Assembly (NCBI GenBank): GCA_965246885.1 | Contig: OZ251992.1 | Coordinates: forward strand, 2,944,001 to 3,008,000 | Length of the DNA stretch: 64,000 nt | From: Abditibacterium sp. | GTDB lineage: Bacteria > Armatimonadota > Abditibacteriia > Abditibacteriales > Abditibacteriaceae | Direction of reading: 5' to 3' | Part shown: in pieces, positions 34,454 to 45,700 of the stretch | Position numbering within the stretch: position 1 is the first letter of the stretch | Layout of the letters: the number at the start of each line of letters is the position of its first letter | The notes under the pieces: model-generated | Seen by the model: only the letters and a program-made list of their open reading frames with translations | Told to the model about the DNA's origin: nothing | Database searches by the model: none | Made by a program: the position numbers and the translations under genes

Positions 34454-35080
34454 TCACTTTGCGGCGCGCCGCTCTTTGAGGGCGTGGAGAATAATCGGGA
34501 GGATGGACAGGAGCACAATGAGGAGCACCACCTTTTCCAAGTTGTGCGCCACGAACTGGTTTTTGCCCAGAAAGTAACCCAGAGTGCACATCGAAACGAC
34601 CCACGCGACGCCGCCCACGACGTTGAAGGCGACGAACTGGCGGTAGTCCATGCCCGCCGCGCCCGCGACGGTGGGCGCGAAAGTGCGCACGATGGGCACG
34701 AAGCGCGCGAGGACGATGGTTTTTGGCCCGTGTTTTTCATAGAAAGCGCGCGCGGCGTCGAGGTGCTTGCGCTTGAACAGCTTGGAATCTTCGCGGCGGA
34801 ACAGCGAAGCCCCGGCGCCGCGCCCAATAAGAAAGCCGACGGAATCGCCCGCAATTGCTGCAACCGACAAAGCCACGAGCAGAAGCGCGAAGTTCAAGTC
34901 GCCGCGCGCCGCAACCAATCCGGCAATAAACAGCAGCGAGTCGCCGGGCAAAAAGAAGCCGATGAGAAGCCCCGTTTCGGCGAAGACGACCGCGAAGAGA
35001 AAAGCGATGCCGAGGGTCTGGATGAGGGTTTGCAGCCCGCCACCTGCCGAGGTATCGAACAATTTGTGCAGAAATTCCAT
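34454..35080 (-). CDS. DedA/VTT family membrane protein
   Basis: FAETGLLIGFFLPGDSLLF, LARFVPIVRTFAP. Confidence 0.95.
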   Translation of the reverse strand: MEFLHKLFDTSAGGGLQTLIQTLGIAFLFAVVFAETGLLIGFFLPGDSLLFIAGLVAARGDLNFALLLVALSVAAIAGDSVGFLIGRGAGASLFRREDSKLFKRKHLDAARAFYEKHGPKTIVLARFVPIVRTFAPTVAGAAGMDYRQFVAFNVVGGVAWVVSMCTLGYFLGKNQFVAHNLEKVVLLIVLLSILPIILHALKERRAAK

Positions 35081-35159
35081 AGCGCGCGAAAAACTCGCCC
35101 TTCCATTTTAAGCGGCGCCCGCATTGGAGGAGCGGGTAGCGCCGCCTAAACTACGCGCC

Positions 35160-36164
35160 ATGCCTCGCACTCCCGAACAATTTGTGCGCTCGCGTCAGGA
35201 AAGCTGGACGCGGCTGGAGGAACTCGTAGACCGCGCGCAGGCCCAGAAGATTGGCGCGCTGTCCGATGGCGAACTGCTGGAACTGGGCACGCTGTATCGG
35301 CGCGTGTCGTCGGATTTGGCGCGCGCCCAAACGCGCTACGCCAACACGCTCGCTGGGCGCGAGTTGGTGCGCAGCCTTAACGCGCTGGTTTTGCGCTCGC
35401 ACGCCCAAGTGTATTCCGCGCCCACTCCTCAAACGAGCAACTTCTGGGAGTTCGTGCTGTACGGCTTTCCCGCCGCGTTCCGGCGCAACCTCCGCCCGAT
35501 TCTGCTCGCGGCGTTCTTCATGTACGGCCCCGCGCTTATTGCGTACGTTGCGGTGTGGACGAACCCGCAGAACGCGCATTTGTTCGTGAGCGACGATGTG
35601 GTGCAAGAAGTGAAAACGCGCGCCGAGAAGAAGCTGACGACGGGCTGGGGCGGTCGGACGGAATACGAGGGCTTGGCCTCCTCGCCCGCGACGAGTTCGT
35701 TCATCATGACGCACAACATTGAGGTGTCGGCGCTCGCTCTGGCGCTCGGCGTGACGGCGGGCATCGGCACGGTGTTCGCGCTGGTGGGCAACGGCCTCTT
35801 GCTGGGCGCCTTGGCGGGCGTGGCGACGAATTACCACACCGATTTGCTGTTCTGGGCGGTGATTCTGCCGCACGGGGTCTTGGAGCTAACGGCCATCTCC
35901 ATTGCAGGCGGAGCGGGCTTTGTGCTTGCCCGCGCCATCTACGCTCCCGGCGACCTCCCCCGCCGCGACGCCCTCAAATTGGCGGGCAACGAGGCGGGTC
36001 AACTGCTGATGGGCGTCGTCCTGTTCCTCGTTTTCGCGGGCCTTATCGAGGGCTTCCTCACCCCCACCCCGCTCCCGCCCGTCGCCAAGCTGACTTTTGC
36101 GGCGATGTCGGGCGCGATTATGTTGGGGTATTTGAACCTGCGGGCGCCGAGAAAGAAAGCCTGA
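35160..36164 (+). CDS. SpoIIM/DUF95 family membrane protein
   Basis: LYRRVSSDLA, ILPHGVLEL, AGLIEGFLTP. Confidence 0.9.
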   Translation: MPRTPEQFVRSRQESWTRLEELVDRAQAQKIGALSDGELLELGTLYRRVSSDLARAQTRYANTLAGRELVRSLNALVLRSHAQVYSAPTPQTSNFWEFVLYGFPAAFRRNLRPILLAAFFMYGPALIAYVAVWTNPQNAHLFVSDDVVQEVKTRAEKKLTTGWGGRTEYEGLASSPATSSFIMTHNIEVSALALALGVTAGIGTVFALVGNGLLLGALAGVATNYHTDLLFWAVILPHGVLELTAISIAGGAGFVLARAIYAPGDLPRRDALKLAGNEAGQLLMGVVLFLVFAGLIEGFLTPTPLPPVAKLTFAAMSGAIMLGYLNLRAPRKKA

Positions 36165-36175
36165 AGTTGGGGGAG

Positions 36176-36628
36176 TTAATTGTCGAAGCTCAAACCTACG
36201 AACCACACGCGGCCCGTCGTTGCGTCGCGCAAATAATGGCAGAACCATTCGTAGCCGTCTCGCCCCTTAATCATAAACTCGCCCGCACTCGCGTTTTCCG
36301 GCGTGATGCGAGGCGGGTAAAACGCTTCGCGGCCCTGCGCGAACTCGCCGTAGTGCGCCCGCAGGTTGGGCGTGATATCCCGGAACCGGTTCGCACCCTG
36401 AAATCGCGTCCGAAGCGCGGGCCAAGCGGCGGCGGGGATTTGCAACACCATCTGGTGTTCCTCCGATGTCAACCACCAATCCGTCTTGTGCGAAACGATG
36501 GCTGACTGGGGCACGTGCAAACCAAGATTAGGAAAGAACTCGTCGGTTTTGAAGTGGCGCCAAACACACAAGGCCGCGACGCTCCCAATGGCGAGCGGCC
36601 AAAAGGCTTTGCGGCGGGTGATTCTCAT
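36176..36628 (-). CDS. Hypothetical membrane-anchored protein
   Basis: ATGA overlap with the PIN gene stop; N-terminal hydrophobic helix. Confidence 0.6.
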   Translation of the reverse strand: MRITRRKAFWPLAIGSVAALCVWRHFKTDEFFPNLGLHVPQSAIVSHKTDWWLTSEEHQMVLQIPAAAWPALRTRFQGANRFRDITPNLRAHYGEFAQGREAFYPPRITPENASAGEFMIKGRDGYEWFCHYLRDATTGRVWFVGLSFDN

Positions 36629-37071
36629 TGCGTCGGCACCGGCGCGAAGAACTCTTCGCTGCCTTGAAGCCCTACGCGGCACGCGCCCGCCAATCGCTCG
36701 AAATCTTTGGCGTTGTCCGTCACCACAACTACCCCGGCGCGGCGGGAGCAGACGGCGAGCAGGCAGTCGTTGAACAAGCGCACCCGCTCTTCGGGTGAGG
36801 CTTTGGGCGTCGCGCCGAAGTTCTCGCGTTTGGATTGCTGGCTCAGGCGCTGCAACGTCAGCCCCGCTTGGAGCCAGTCGTCGGCGTCAGGGACGAGGAA
36901 GCGGTCGGCGTGCTCGAAAGATGCTTTAGTCGCTTGCCAGAACTTGAGCGATGCGCGGTCTTGGCAACCTGCGATTAGCTCCGTTAGGACAATCGAGGAC
37001 AAGTAGTGGCTGCGCGGGAACGCGCGCAACTTGCGCGAGATAATGATGTTGGTGTCGAAAGAGACTTTCAC
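36625..37071 (-). CDS. PIN-domain (VapC-like) toxin
   Basis: FDTNIII, IVLTEL, NDCLLA, VTDNAKDF. Confidence 0.9.
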   Translation of the reverse strand: MKVSFDTNIIISRKLRAFPRSHYLSSIVLTELIAGCQDRASLKFWQATKASFEHADRFLVPDADDWLQAGLTLQRLSQQSKRENFGATPKASPEERVRLFNDCLLAVCSRRAGVVVVTDNAKDFERLAGACRVGLQGSEEFFAPVPTQ

Positions 37072-37229
37072 TGCTCGCCCTGCGCTTGCTTCTCTTTTTC
37101 CAGCGCCGCGAAATACAAGTCCATTGCCTTCCCGAAGTTCTCATTGCCCAAGCGAAACGCCTCGTCTTTTTCCTTGCGCGTCAGCTTTTTCTTTGGCGCC
37201 CCGTTGAGTGGTGTCTTTAATTTGGTCAT
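37068..37229 (-). CDS. 53-aa putative antitoxin
   Basis: GTGA overlap with the PIN gene; purine-rich RBS; no family recognised. Confidence 0.65.
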   Translation of the reverse strand: MTKLKTPLNGAPKKKLTRKEKDEAFRLGNENFGKAMDLYFAALEKEKQAQGEQ

Positions 37230-37256
37230 CTCTTTTCTCTCCCACCCAAGTAAACG

Positions 37257-37283
37257 AAAAAGCGGGGCGAAAGCCCCGCTTTT
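37257..37283 (-). terminator. Intrinsic terminator of clpB
   Basis: aaaaagcggggc-gaaa-gccccgctttt. Confidence 0.88.
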
Positions 37284-37290
37284 CCAACGC

Positions 37291-39951
37291 TTACGCTGCC
37301 ACAAGTTCTCGTTCGCTCACCCGGAATTGGAGTTCACCTTCGTGTCCGGCTTCGACGCGGATGGCGTCTCCGTCGCGCAGTTCGCCCGCCAAGATGCGCC
37401 GCGCGAGCGGGTCTTGGACGAGGCGTTGGATGGCGCGCTTGAGCGGGCGGGCGCCGAAAGTGGGGTCGTAGCCTTCCTCGCCGATGATGGTCTTGGCGTC
37501 GTCGGACAGTTCGAGGCCGATGCCACGCTCCCCTAACCGCTTTCGCAAGCCCTCCAATTGTATCTCCACGATGCGGCCCAGTTCCGCCTTATCCAACGAG
37601 TTAAAGGCGACGATCTCGTCTATGCGGTTGAGGAATTCGGGGCGGAAGTGCGCGCGCAACTCCTCGGTCAGGCGGTCTTTGAGCGTCCAGTCGCCCGGCT
37701 CACTCGCGGCGATGAGGTGCGAGCCGAAGTTGCTCGTCATAATCACGACAGCGTTTTTGAAGGAGACGGTGCGGCCCTGTCCGTCGGTTAGGCGTCCGTC
37801 GTCCAGCAGTTGCAAGAGGACGTTGAAGACATCCGGGTGCGCTTTCTCGATTTCGTCCAGCAGCAGCACGGCATACGGACGGCGGCGCACGGCCTCGGTC
37901 AGTTGTCCGCCTTCCTCGAAGCCGACATACCCCGGCGGCGCTCCGATAAGACGGGCGACCGAGTGCTTTTCCATGTATTCGCTCATGTCCAGCCGCACCA
38001 TCGCGCGCTCGTCGTCGAACAAGAACTCGGCTAAGGCCCGCGCCAACTCCGTCTTCCCGACGCCCGTTGGCCCCAGAAAGAGGAACGACCCCAAGGGCCG
38101 ATTCGGGTCGGACAGCCCCGCGCGCGAGCGGCGCACGGCATCGGCGACGGCTCCCAGAGCGTCGTCTTGCCCGACGACGCGGCGGCGCAGATGCTCCTCT
38201 AACCGGAGCAGCTTTTGCGTTTCCCCCTCCACCAAGCGCGCGACCGGAACGCCCGTCCACTTCGCCACGACTTCAGCGATGTCCTCCTCGCCGACTTCTT
38301 CCTTAAGCATGGGGTTAACATAGTTCGCCAGCTTTTCGGTCGCTTCCGCCAACTGCTTTTGCAACTCCGGCAAGCGCCCGTAGCGAAGCTCGGCGGCGCG
38401 GCCCAAATCCGCCGCTTGCGTGGCGCGCTCGATTTCAAAGCTTAGCCCCTCCAACTCGCGCTTCAAATCCGATACGCGCTCGATAGCTTCCTTCTCGGAT
38501 TGCCACTGCGCGCGCAGTTTCGAGCTTTCCTCGTTTAGCTCCGCCAGTTGCCGCTCGATGGCTTCGAGGCGGTCTTTGGTGGCGTCCGATTTGTTGCCGC
38601 CGCCAAACAGCGAGAACCCCTTGGACTCGCGGCTAATCGCTTCGCGCTCGATCTCCAACTGCATCACGCGGCGCTCGATTTCATCTATCTCCTGCGGAAC
38701 GGACGCTATCTCGATTCGCAGTTTGGACGCGGCTTCGTCCACCAAATCTATCGCCTTGTCGGGCAGAAACCGCTCGGTCAGGTAGCGGTTCGAGAGCGTT
38801 GCGGCGGCCACGAGCGCCGCGTCTTGAATGCGGACTTGGTGATGAGTTTCGTATTTGCCCTTCAAGCCGCGCAGGATGGCGATGGTGTCCTCGACCGACG
38901 GCTCGCCCACGTAAATCGGCTGGAAGCGGCGCTCCAAGGCGGCGTCCTTTTCGATGTATTTGCGGTATTCGTCAAGCGTCGTCGCGCCGACGCAGCGCAG
39001 TTCGCCGCGCGCCAGCATCGGCTTAAGCAGGTTCGCCGCGTCCACCGCGCCCTCGGCGGCGCCCGCGCCGACAAGCGTGTGCATCTCGTCAATGAACAGG
39101 ATAATGGCGCCTTGGGCGCGCTCGATTTCCTTCAAAACCGCCTTGAGCCGCTCCTCGAACTCGCCGCGATACTTGGCGCCTGCGATGAGCGCGCCCATGT
39201 CGAGCGCGAGGACTTTCTTGTCGGCGAGGGTATCGGGAACGTCGTTGGAAGCGATGCGCTGCGCCAGCCCTTCCACGATAGCGGTCTTGCCAACGCCCGG
39301 CTCGCCGATGAGAACGGGGTTATTCTTCGTGCGGCGCGACAACACTTGGATGACGCGCCGTATTTCTTCGTCGCGGCCTATCACCGGATCTAACTTGCCC
39401 CGCGCCGCGTCGCGCGTCAGGTCGCGGGTGAATTTTTCGAGCGCCTGATACTTCTCTTCCGGGTTCTGGTCGGTGACGCGCTGCCCGCCGCGCACTTGAG
39501 CGAGCGCCGTCAAAATCGCCTCGCGCGTCAAACCGTTCCCCTTGAGCAGGCCGCCCGCAAAGCCCTTATCTTCGGCGACGCCGAGCAGCAAATGCTCCGT
39601 CGAAAGGAACTCGTCCTTGAGTTCCCCGACCGCTTTTTGCGCCGCGCCAAGCGCGCCGCCTTGTCCGTCGCGCCCCGCACCTCCCAAACGGGCTGTGAGC
39701 GCCCGTCCCAATTCCGCGCCCGCAACTTTGGGGCGCTTGGCGAGTTCCTGCTCCAACTCGCGCGTGAGCGCGCCAACATTCGCACCTATTTTCCCGACGA
39801 GGGGCGCCGTCGTGCCTTCCTTCTGCGTGAGGAGCGCGAGCAGCAGATGCTCCACGTCTATCTCCTGCTGTCCATATTCAACGGCCCGCTCGCGCGCGCC
39901 GGTTAGTGCTTCTTGTGATTTGGTCGTCCAGTGGTCAAAGTCCAATGCCAT
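37291..39951 (-). CDS. clpB: ATP-dependent chaperone ClpB
   Basis: Two AAA+ modules ([16 protein letters not shown]), long M-domain coiled coil; SD GGGAGG before ATG 39951. Confidence 0.97.
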   Translation of the reverse strand: MALDFDHWTTKSQEALTGARERAVEYGQQEIDVEHLLLALLTQKEGTTAPLVGKIGANVGALTRELEQELAKRPKVAGAELGRALTARLGGAGRDGQGGALGAAQKAVGELKDEFLSTEHLLLGVAEDKGFAGGLLKGNGLTREAILTALAQVRGGQRVTDQNPEEKYQALEKFTRDLTRDAARGKLDPVIGRDEEIRRVIQVLSRRTKNNPVLIGEPGVGKTAIVEGLAQRIASNDVPDTLADKKVLALDMGALIAGAKYRGEFEERLKAVLKEIERAQGAIILFIDEMHTLVGAGAAEGAVDAANLLKPMLARGELRCVGATTLDEYRKYIEKDAALERRFQPIYVGEPSVEDTIAILRGLKGKYETHHQVRIQDAALVAAATLSNRYLTERFLPDKAIDLVDEAASKLRIEIASVPQEIDEIERRVMQLEIEREAISRESKGFSLFGGGNKSDATKDRLEAIERQLAELNEESSKLRAQWQSEKEAIERVSDLKRELEGLSFEIERATQAADLGRAAELRYGRLPELQKQLAEATEKLANYVNPMLKEEVGEEDIAEVVAKWTGVPVARLVEGETQKLLRLEEHLRRRVVGQDDALGAVADAVRRSRAGLSDPNRPLGSFLFLGPTGVGKTELARALAEFLFDDERAMVRLDMSEYMEKHSVARLIGAPPGYVGFEEGGQLTEAVRRRPYAVLLLDEIEKAHPDVFNVLLQLLDDGRLTDGQGRTVSFKNAVVIMTSNFGSHLIAASEPGDWTLKDRLTEELRAHFRPEFLNRIDEIVAFNSLDKAELGRIVEIQLEGLRKRLGERGIGLELSDDAKTIIGEEGYDPTFGARPLKRAIQRLVQDPLARRILAGELRDGDAIRVEAGHEGELQFRVSERELVAA

Positions 39952-39970
39952 GAGTTGCCTCCCGTAGAGG

Positions 39971-39991
39971 GTTGAGTGTTCCGCACTCAAG
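39971..39991. promoter_or_regulatory. HAIR (HspR-associated inverted repeat) operator
   Basis: Minus strand CTTGAGT-gcggaac-ACTCAAC, 13/14 match to CTTGAGT-N7-ACTCAAG, 20 nt upstream of clpB. Confidence 0.85.
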
Positions 39992-40015
39992 ACGAGGGGA
40001 GAATTGCCCGGTTGC
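39989..40015 (-). promoter_or_regulatory. ECF-type promoter GCAACC-N16-GTCTT for clpB
   Basis: Same layout as the motif at 14726-14752; the -10 overlaps the HAIR. Confidence 0.55.
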
Positions 40016-40040
40016 GCGTTGTTTGCGGGAGACTGGGCGC

Positions 40041-41618
40041 ATGGCTCTGTTCGGTTCCTTGTTCGGGCGCAAAGACGCGCCGCCCGCCGCGCCGCGCACG
40101 TTTGATTTCGCCTTTGGGCAGGCGGGGTTACAAGACGCGTTGGACGTTATCAACGCCGCGTCACGTGCGAACGACGAAGCGACGTTGCGCGCGGTGTTCG
40201 ACTTCTTGGACGGCAACGCTTCGCGCGAGGAAGAGGACAAAGTGGAAGCCTCCAAGTCCACCTATGCCGCCTTGGTATTGGGGCGCTGGCTCAACAATCA
40301 AAAACGCTTCGCCGAAGCCGAGGTCGTCCTCAAGCGGGCGCGCGGCTGGAAGAAGGTGATGACGGGGCCGTTTCTCGATTCGCGTTTTGCCCTCGCCGAC
40401 GCCATCTGGAGCCAAGGGCACCGCGAGCGCGCCGAAAAGGAAGCCTTGGTTTGGATAGACAAGCGGCTCAGACCCGTCGCGGCTCCGCAGTGGCCCATCT
40501 CCAAATACCGCGCGAAGTTGGCGCAGTATTGCTTCAACTTCGCGGATCAAGCGCGCTGGGAAGCGCAGTCCTTTGAAGAAGGCGAAGCCGACCAGCCCGG
40601 CGACCTCGAAAAGCGCCGCGCCGACCCGGTCTTACAAATGAAGACCGCGCTCGCCTACTACAACGCCGGACGCGACACGCCCGCCCGCGCGCATCTCGAC
40701 CGCGCCTTGGAGTGCGCCCAGACGACTGATAATCGGCAATACGTCTTGATGGCGCTGAACCTCCAAGCCTTCTGGCAAAGCCGCACCGACGACTGGCAAG
40801 GCGTGCCCGCGCTCGGCAACTTGGCGACGCAATGGGCGGGCGACGACCCAGTTCACCAAAGCACAGCACGGCGCATCCGGGCGAGCATCGCCCATGCTTG
40901 GGGCGACTTCGACGCCGAAGAACGACTCCTCAATACGCCCGACCCGACCGGCACGCCCCACGAACAAACGGCGGCGCTTATCAACCGTCAAGTGTTGTCG
41001 CAAACGCGCGGGCGCTTCGAGGAAGCACGCCAGTTTGCCACCCAGCGCGCCGCCTTGTTTCCCGTCGCGTCGCGCGACGGGAGCCGCTCTACTGCCATCT
41101 GTCACATTGGGCGCGTCGAGTTAGAACTGCGCGCGCACTACTGCGGTGAAGTGGCGCGGCTCGACCAGTCGCTTGCCGCGCTCTCGCAGGCCGCCACGCT
41201 TTTGCGCGGCGACGAGAAACTCGGCGTGTGGGTGCGCGCCCTGATGGTCGCCGTGCGCGCCGCCCAAGGCGATGCATCGGCGGCCAGCGAAGCCCTCGCC
41301 GTCGAAGCCGAATACCCCAAATGGAGCGACGCGGGCGACACGCGCATGAACCTGTGCGAAGCGCTATGCCTCTCGTGGTTTTATCTGGGCAATGCGCCGC
41401 GCGCCGCTTACTACGCCGAGGGCTTGGCGCACATGGCCAAAACCCCTCTGCTCAACGCGAACGCCCGCGAACTGTGGGCGCGGGCACTTCACGCGAGCGG
41501 CGACACCGCGCGCGCCCGCGAGTTGTGGGAGCAAGTCGCCGCGTGCCCCTTCGATGCCGTCGCCGTCCGCCTCGCCCGCCGCGCGTTGAACGGCGACGCG
41601 AAGAGCGCTGTAATTTAA
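40041..41618 (+). CDS. Hypothetical alpha-helical / TPR-like protein
   Basis: Long Ala-rich helical ORF with TPR-like segments; host-like codon usage. Confidence 0.7.
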   Translation: MALFGSLFGRKDAPPAAPRTFDFAFGQAGLQDALDVINAASRANDEATLRAVFDFLDGNASREEEDKVEASKSTYAALVLGRWLNNQKRFAEAEVVLKRARGWKKVMTGPFLDSRFALADAIWSQGHRERAEKEALVWIDKRLRPVAAPQWPISKYRAKLAQYCFNFADQARWEAQSFEEGEADQPGDLEKRRADPVLQMKTALAYYNAGRDTPARAHLDRALECAQTTDNRQYVLMALNLQAFWQSRTDDWQGVPALGNLATQWAGDDPVHQSTARRIRASIAHAWGDFDAEERLLNTPDPTGTPHEQTAALINRQVLSQTRGRFEEARQFATQRAALFPVASRDGSRSTAICHIGRVELELRAHYCGEVARLDQSLAALSQAATLLRGDEKLGVWVRALMVAVRAAQGDASAASEALAVEAEYPKWSDAGDTRMNLCEALCLSWFYLGNAPRAAYYAEGLAHMAKTPLLNANARELWARALHASGDTARARELWEQVAACPFDAVAVRLARRALNGDAKSAVI

Positions 41619-41646
41619 TCGCTCAGCACCTCCCCAAATTCATTCG

Positions 41647-41720
41647 CGGACATCCGTCACTGGCCGACGGACGTCTGTCGGCCAGTGACGGACGTATGTC
41701 GGATAGTGACGGACGTCCCG
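41647..41720. repeat. 21-bp-period tandem array B containing a 40-bp palindrome
   Basis: Units at 41647, 41668, 41689 and 41710; 41653-41692 folds back around GACGTC. Confidence 0.85.
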
Positions 41721-41740
41721 TTTTCCTCGCCGGATGCCGC

Positions 41741-42676
41741 TTAGAGAGTGGGCGCCAGCACGTCGCCCTTTTCCCCTTCTCCCACACGTAATGGGGAGGG
41801 CACTCCGTTCCCGCCGTCGTCTTTTCCATCGGGTCCGATGGAATAAATGACGCCGTTTTTCTCTTTGAGCGGCCCGACGCCGAAGGGGTCGTCGGGAAGC
41901 GGCGCGGTGGGGGCGCGGCCTTCCAATCGGTCGGCGCGGCGCACCAAAGCGGCGGCAACGAGGAGGCGCTCCGTTTTGAGGCGCGTCCACAGAAAGCGCG
42001 CTCTTGGCATCGGCGAGCCGAACAACTGGGTGAACGGGTCAACGGCTACGACGGTCGGCGCGGCGCCGTAGGGCCGCGCGGCGTCCGCTTGTGCGAGGGC
42101 GAAGACTTTTTCGATATTGGCGCGAATTTGCGCGACGGGCACTTTTCGCATGGCGTCTTGGTCGCGCGGCGCGTCCCCGAAGAGGGCCAAAAGAGTTTGC
42201 TGCCACGCTTTCGGTGTTGCAGCCATCTCATCGAAATCCTTCAACTTTTCCCTTTTGCGGTTGGCCAGAATCGCGGCATACGTCGGGTTCTTGGTTTCAA
42301 TGTCCGCGAGCCGCGCGGCATCCTTGCGGCACGCGGGGCCGTCCAAATGCGAGGCAATCGGCGCCAAATCGCCCACAGCGAGCGGTTGCGTCGCGCCATA
42401 CACGAGCAATCCCATTTCGGACGCGTCGCTTTGCCCGACCCCCAATATCTGCAACCGTAGCTCCATCGCCCCGGCATAATCGCCTGCTGCCGCGCGTGCG
42501 TCCGACTGATGGCGAAGCTCGCGGGCGTCGCGCCGCTTCGCCGTCCCGTTGTGCGTCACGGCATCCACGATGGCCTTAGCGGTTTGGGTCTTGTTGTCCG
42601 GCGCTGGCCCCTCGGCATGGGCTACCGCGCAAAAGGCGGCGGCGAGAAGGGGCAAGAATTTCGATGTGAGTATCAT
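41741..42676 (-). CDS. Secreted hypothetical protein with GspG-like C-terminal motif
   Basis: Signal peptide ending AHA; LPDDPF..IYSIGPDGKDDGG. Confidence 0.65.
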   Translation of the reverse strand: MILTSKFLPLLAAAFCAVAHAEGPAPDNKTQTAKAIVDAVTHNGTAKRRDARELRHQSDARAAAGDYAGAMELRLQILGVGQSDASEMGLLVYGATQPLAVGDLAPIASHLDGPACRKDAARLADIETKNPTYAAILANRKREKLKDFDEMAATPKAWQQTLLALFGDAPRDQDAMRKVPVAQIRANIEKVFALAQADAARPYGAAPTVVAVDPFTQLFGSPMPRARFLWTRLKTERLLVAAALVRRADRLEGRAPTAPLPDDPFGVGPLKEKNGVIYSIGPDGKDDGGNGVPSPLRVGEGEKGDVLAPTL

Positions 42677-42736
42677 GCTTTCCACTCTACGGAAGCGGGA
42701 TTAAGTTTGTATTAAGAGGCGAGAAACCGCCCTATG

Positions 42737-45700
42737 CTACACCCGCTCCACCCGGAGCCGCACCGTCTCGTCTCCCATTTTCGCGTCGGCGAGTTCCGGG
42801 TAATCGGCGCCGACGAAGCGCAGTTCGTCGGCGAGGGTTTCAGCTTGAATGACGTCGCCGAACCCTTCCAGCACGTCCGCGAAGCGGGACTTCGCGTCGT
42901 CTACCGTGAGAATGGCGATGCGGTCGGAGAGTTGGAAGTCGGCTTTTTGGCGGGCGGCTTGGACGGCGCGGATGAAGTCGCGGGCCATGCCTTCCAATTC
43001 TAATTCGGGCGTGAGGCTCGTATCGAGGGCGACGCTCCAACTGTTCTCGGACGCGAAGGAGTAGCCGCTCGCTTGGCGCGCGTCGGCCAAAACTTCGGCG
43101 GGTTCGAGCGTGATGAACGCGCCTTCGAGTTCGATTGCGACCGACTCGCCACGCTTCACCGCCGCGCCGATGCGTTTGGCTTCAGGCGCATCCGCGTTTT
43201 CGAGATAGGCGCGCAGGGCGCCGACTTGCTTGCCGTATTTGCGGCCCACGACGGGCAAATTGGCGCGCAAGCTGTAGGTTACAAGGTCGCCCGCATCCGC
43301 GAGCAGTTCGATGGCATAGACGTTGAGTTCGTCTTTGATGGTATCGGCAAAAGCCTCGACCGCGCGGCGGGCCGCGTCGTCGGGGGCTTGGATGAGGACG
43401 CGCGAGAGCGGTTGGCGCACGCGGATTTTGGCGTCCTTGCGCGCCGATAAGCCGAGCGAGACGGCTTGCAAGACGCCCTCGACTTGCGCGACTAACTCAT
43501 CGTTGCGGAAGCGTTCTTCGACGACGGGCCACGCGCACAGATGCACGCTTTCCGGCGCGTCGGGCACGACGGACGCGAGGTTGCGGTAGATGTGTTCCGC
43601 CGAAAAGGGCAAGACGGGCGCGACCAATTTGCACAGCGTCAGCAGGACATGGTGGAGGGTCGCATACGCCTGCGCTTTGTCAGTGTCGGACTCGGACTTC
43701 CAAAAGCGCCGCTTGCCGCGCCGGATATACCAGTTGGACAGGTCGTCCACGAACGCTTCCACTTCGCGCACCAAACCTTGCGGCTCCAAGTCGTCCAGAG
43801 CCGTCGTCACGCCCGCGACGGCGCGCTGCAAGCGGGCGAGAATCCACTTGTCGAGCACGTTCTCTGGGGCGAGTTCAACGCTGAGGTCGGGATTATCCAG
43901 GTTGGCGTAGCTCACGAAAAACGCGACCGTGTTCCACAGCGTCACGAGGCGGCGCGACGATTCATAAACCGGGTCGCCGATTGGCTTGTTCTCGTCGGCT
44001 TTCGGCTCGTTTTCCCTGTCCCAGCCGAGGGCGCCGTCGGGCGGCGTGATGCCCCCCGCGTTTTTCCACGCGCGCGGGTCGAGGCCGAAGCGGATGTCTT
44101 TGGTGGTCGGGTTATTGGCGAACGTCCAGCGCATCGGGTCGGCGCCCGCGACCGCGACCGCGTAGCCGAACGGGACGCCGTTGCCCTTGGTCTTGGAAAT
44201 ACGCTCGCCGTATTGGTCGAGCATCGTTTCATACAGCATCACCCGCTCGTAAGGCGCGCGGTCTTCCAAGGCGACGCTCATGAACAGCATCGAGAAGAAC
44301 CAGAGCCGGATTTGCTCGCGCATTTCCGAGATGAAGTCGGCGGGCTTCCAATCGGCGGCAGGGAGGGCGATGTCGGGCATCCGCACGTCGCGCGCGCCGT
44401 TATAGCCGAGCGTCGAAAAGGGCACGATGCCCGCGTCAAGCCAAGCGTCGCCCACTTCGGGCACGCGCCGCATCCGGCGGGTGCGGTCGCTGTTCCAGAT
44501 TTCGATTTCGTCTATCCAAGGGCGGTGCAATTCGGGTAGGGCGTCCACGAGGGCGGGGTCTACTGCGCGCTCGCGGAGTTGCGCGCGGCTGGAAACCACG
44601 TCCCACTCGCCCGTTTCGTCGTCGCGCCAGATGGGGAGCGGCAAGCCCCAGAAGCGTTTGCGCGAGATCGTCCAATCGCCCATGTTGTCGAGCCAGTCGT
44701 CCATCCGCTTGCCGCCATATTCGGGGTTCCACTCGACCTGAGCCGACGCCGCTTTGAGCCGCGCGCGCGCCGGACGCGGCCCCGCGTCGGGCTTGATGAA
44801 CCATTCGGGCGTGGCAAAGAAGATGAGTTCCGAGTTGCAGCGCCAGCAGTGCGGGTAGGAGTGCTTGTAACGCTGCGTGCGATAGAGGCGATTGTTCTTT
44901 TGCAACTCGGCGAAGATGGTTTGAACTGTCGGGTCTGCGAGCGCGTGCAACCCTGCCAAGGCGTCGCCGCACTCGCTTCTGAAGTGGGCGGAGGAGGTAA
45001 CGGGAATCAATCGGTGTAGTCCCTCTCTCATGCCAAGCTCAAAGTCCCCCGCTCCACAGCCCGGAGCAATATGAACGATGCCAGTGCCCTCAGCTTCCCC
45101 AACCTCTTCCCATGCAACCACACGCGAAGCTCCACGCTGCCCTTGAAGTGGAACTTCTGGGAGCGGACTCTCATATATTTGGCCGACCAAATCTCGCCCA
45201 GATACTTCGCCTACGACGTTTCGGTCTTCCGGCTTGAGGGCAGTGCTAACCGTCTCCTTGGATAGGATTAGAATCTCCCCTTCTTGCGTTTGAGCGAACA
45301 CATAAGTCAGGTCTGGATTAACAGCAAGTCCGCTATTTGCCGTCAACGTCCAAGGCGTCGTTGTCCAAACCAAGAAGAAGGGCTGTATGCCGTCGTTCCT
45401 CAGCAGCCTATCTACTGGAAATGTAGCCACAGAGCGACCTACGTTCCGCATATTGACTCTCGCAGGCAGCTTCACGAAGACGCTCGTATGCGTGATGTCC
45501 TTATAAGCATCGCTCAGTTCGTGCTGGCTTAGGCTGGTCTCGCAGCGCGGGCACCAAGGCATGACGCGGTAATCGGGGGCGAGCCAGCCTTCTTCGTGGC
45601 ACTTGCCGAGGAAGTTCCAGATGTTCTCGATGTTGGAATCATCGAAGGTATAGTAGGAGCGCTCCCAGTCGTTCCACATTCCCAGCCGCTTCGACTGCTC

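Noticed and set aside
34213..34863. 216-aa minus-strand ORF spanning dedA and the downstream gap
   Set aside because: Out of frame with dedA; the gap is better explained by the 32-aa gene with its own promoter, RBS and terminator
39971..39991. CIRCE (HrcA) operator upstream of clpB
   Set aside because: The sequence fits HAIR (CTTGAGT-N7-ACTCAAG), not TTAGCACTC-N9-GAGTGCTAA
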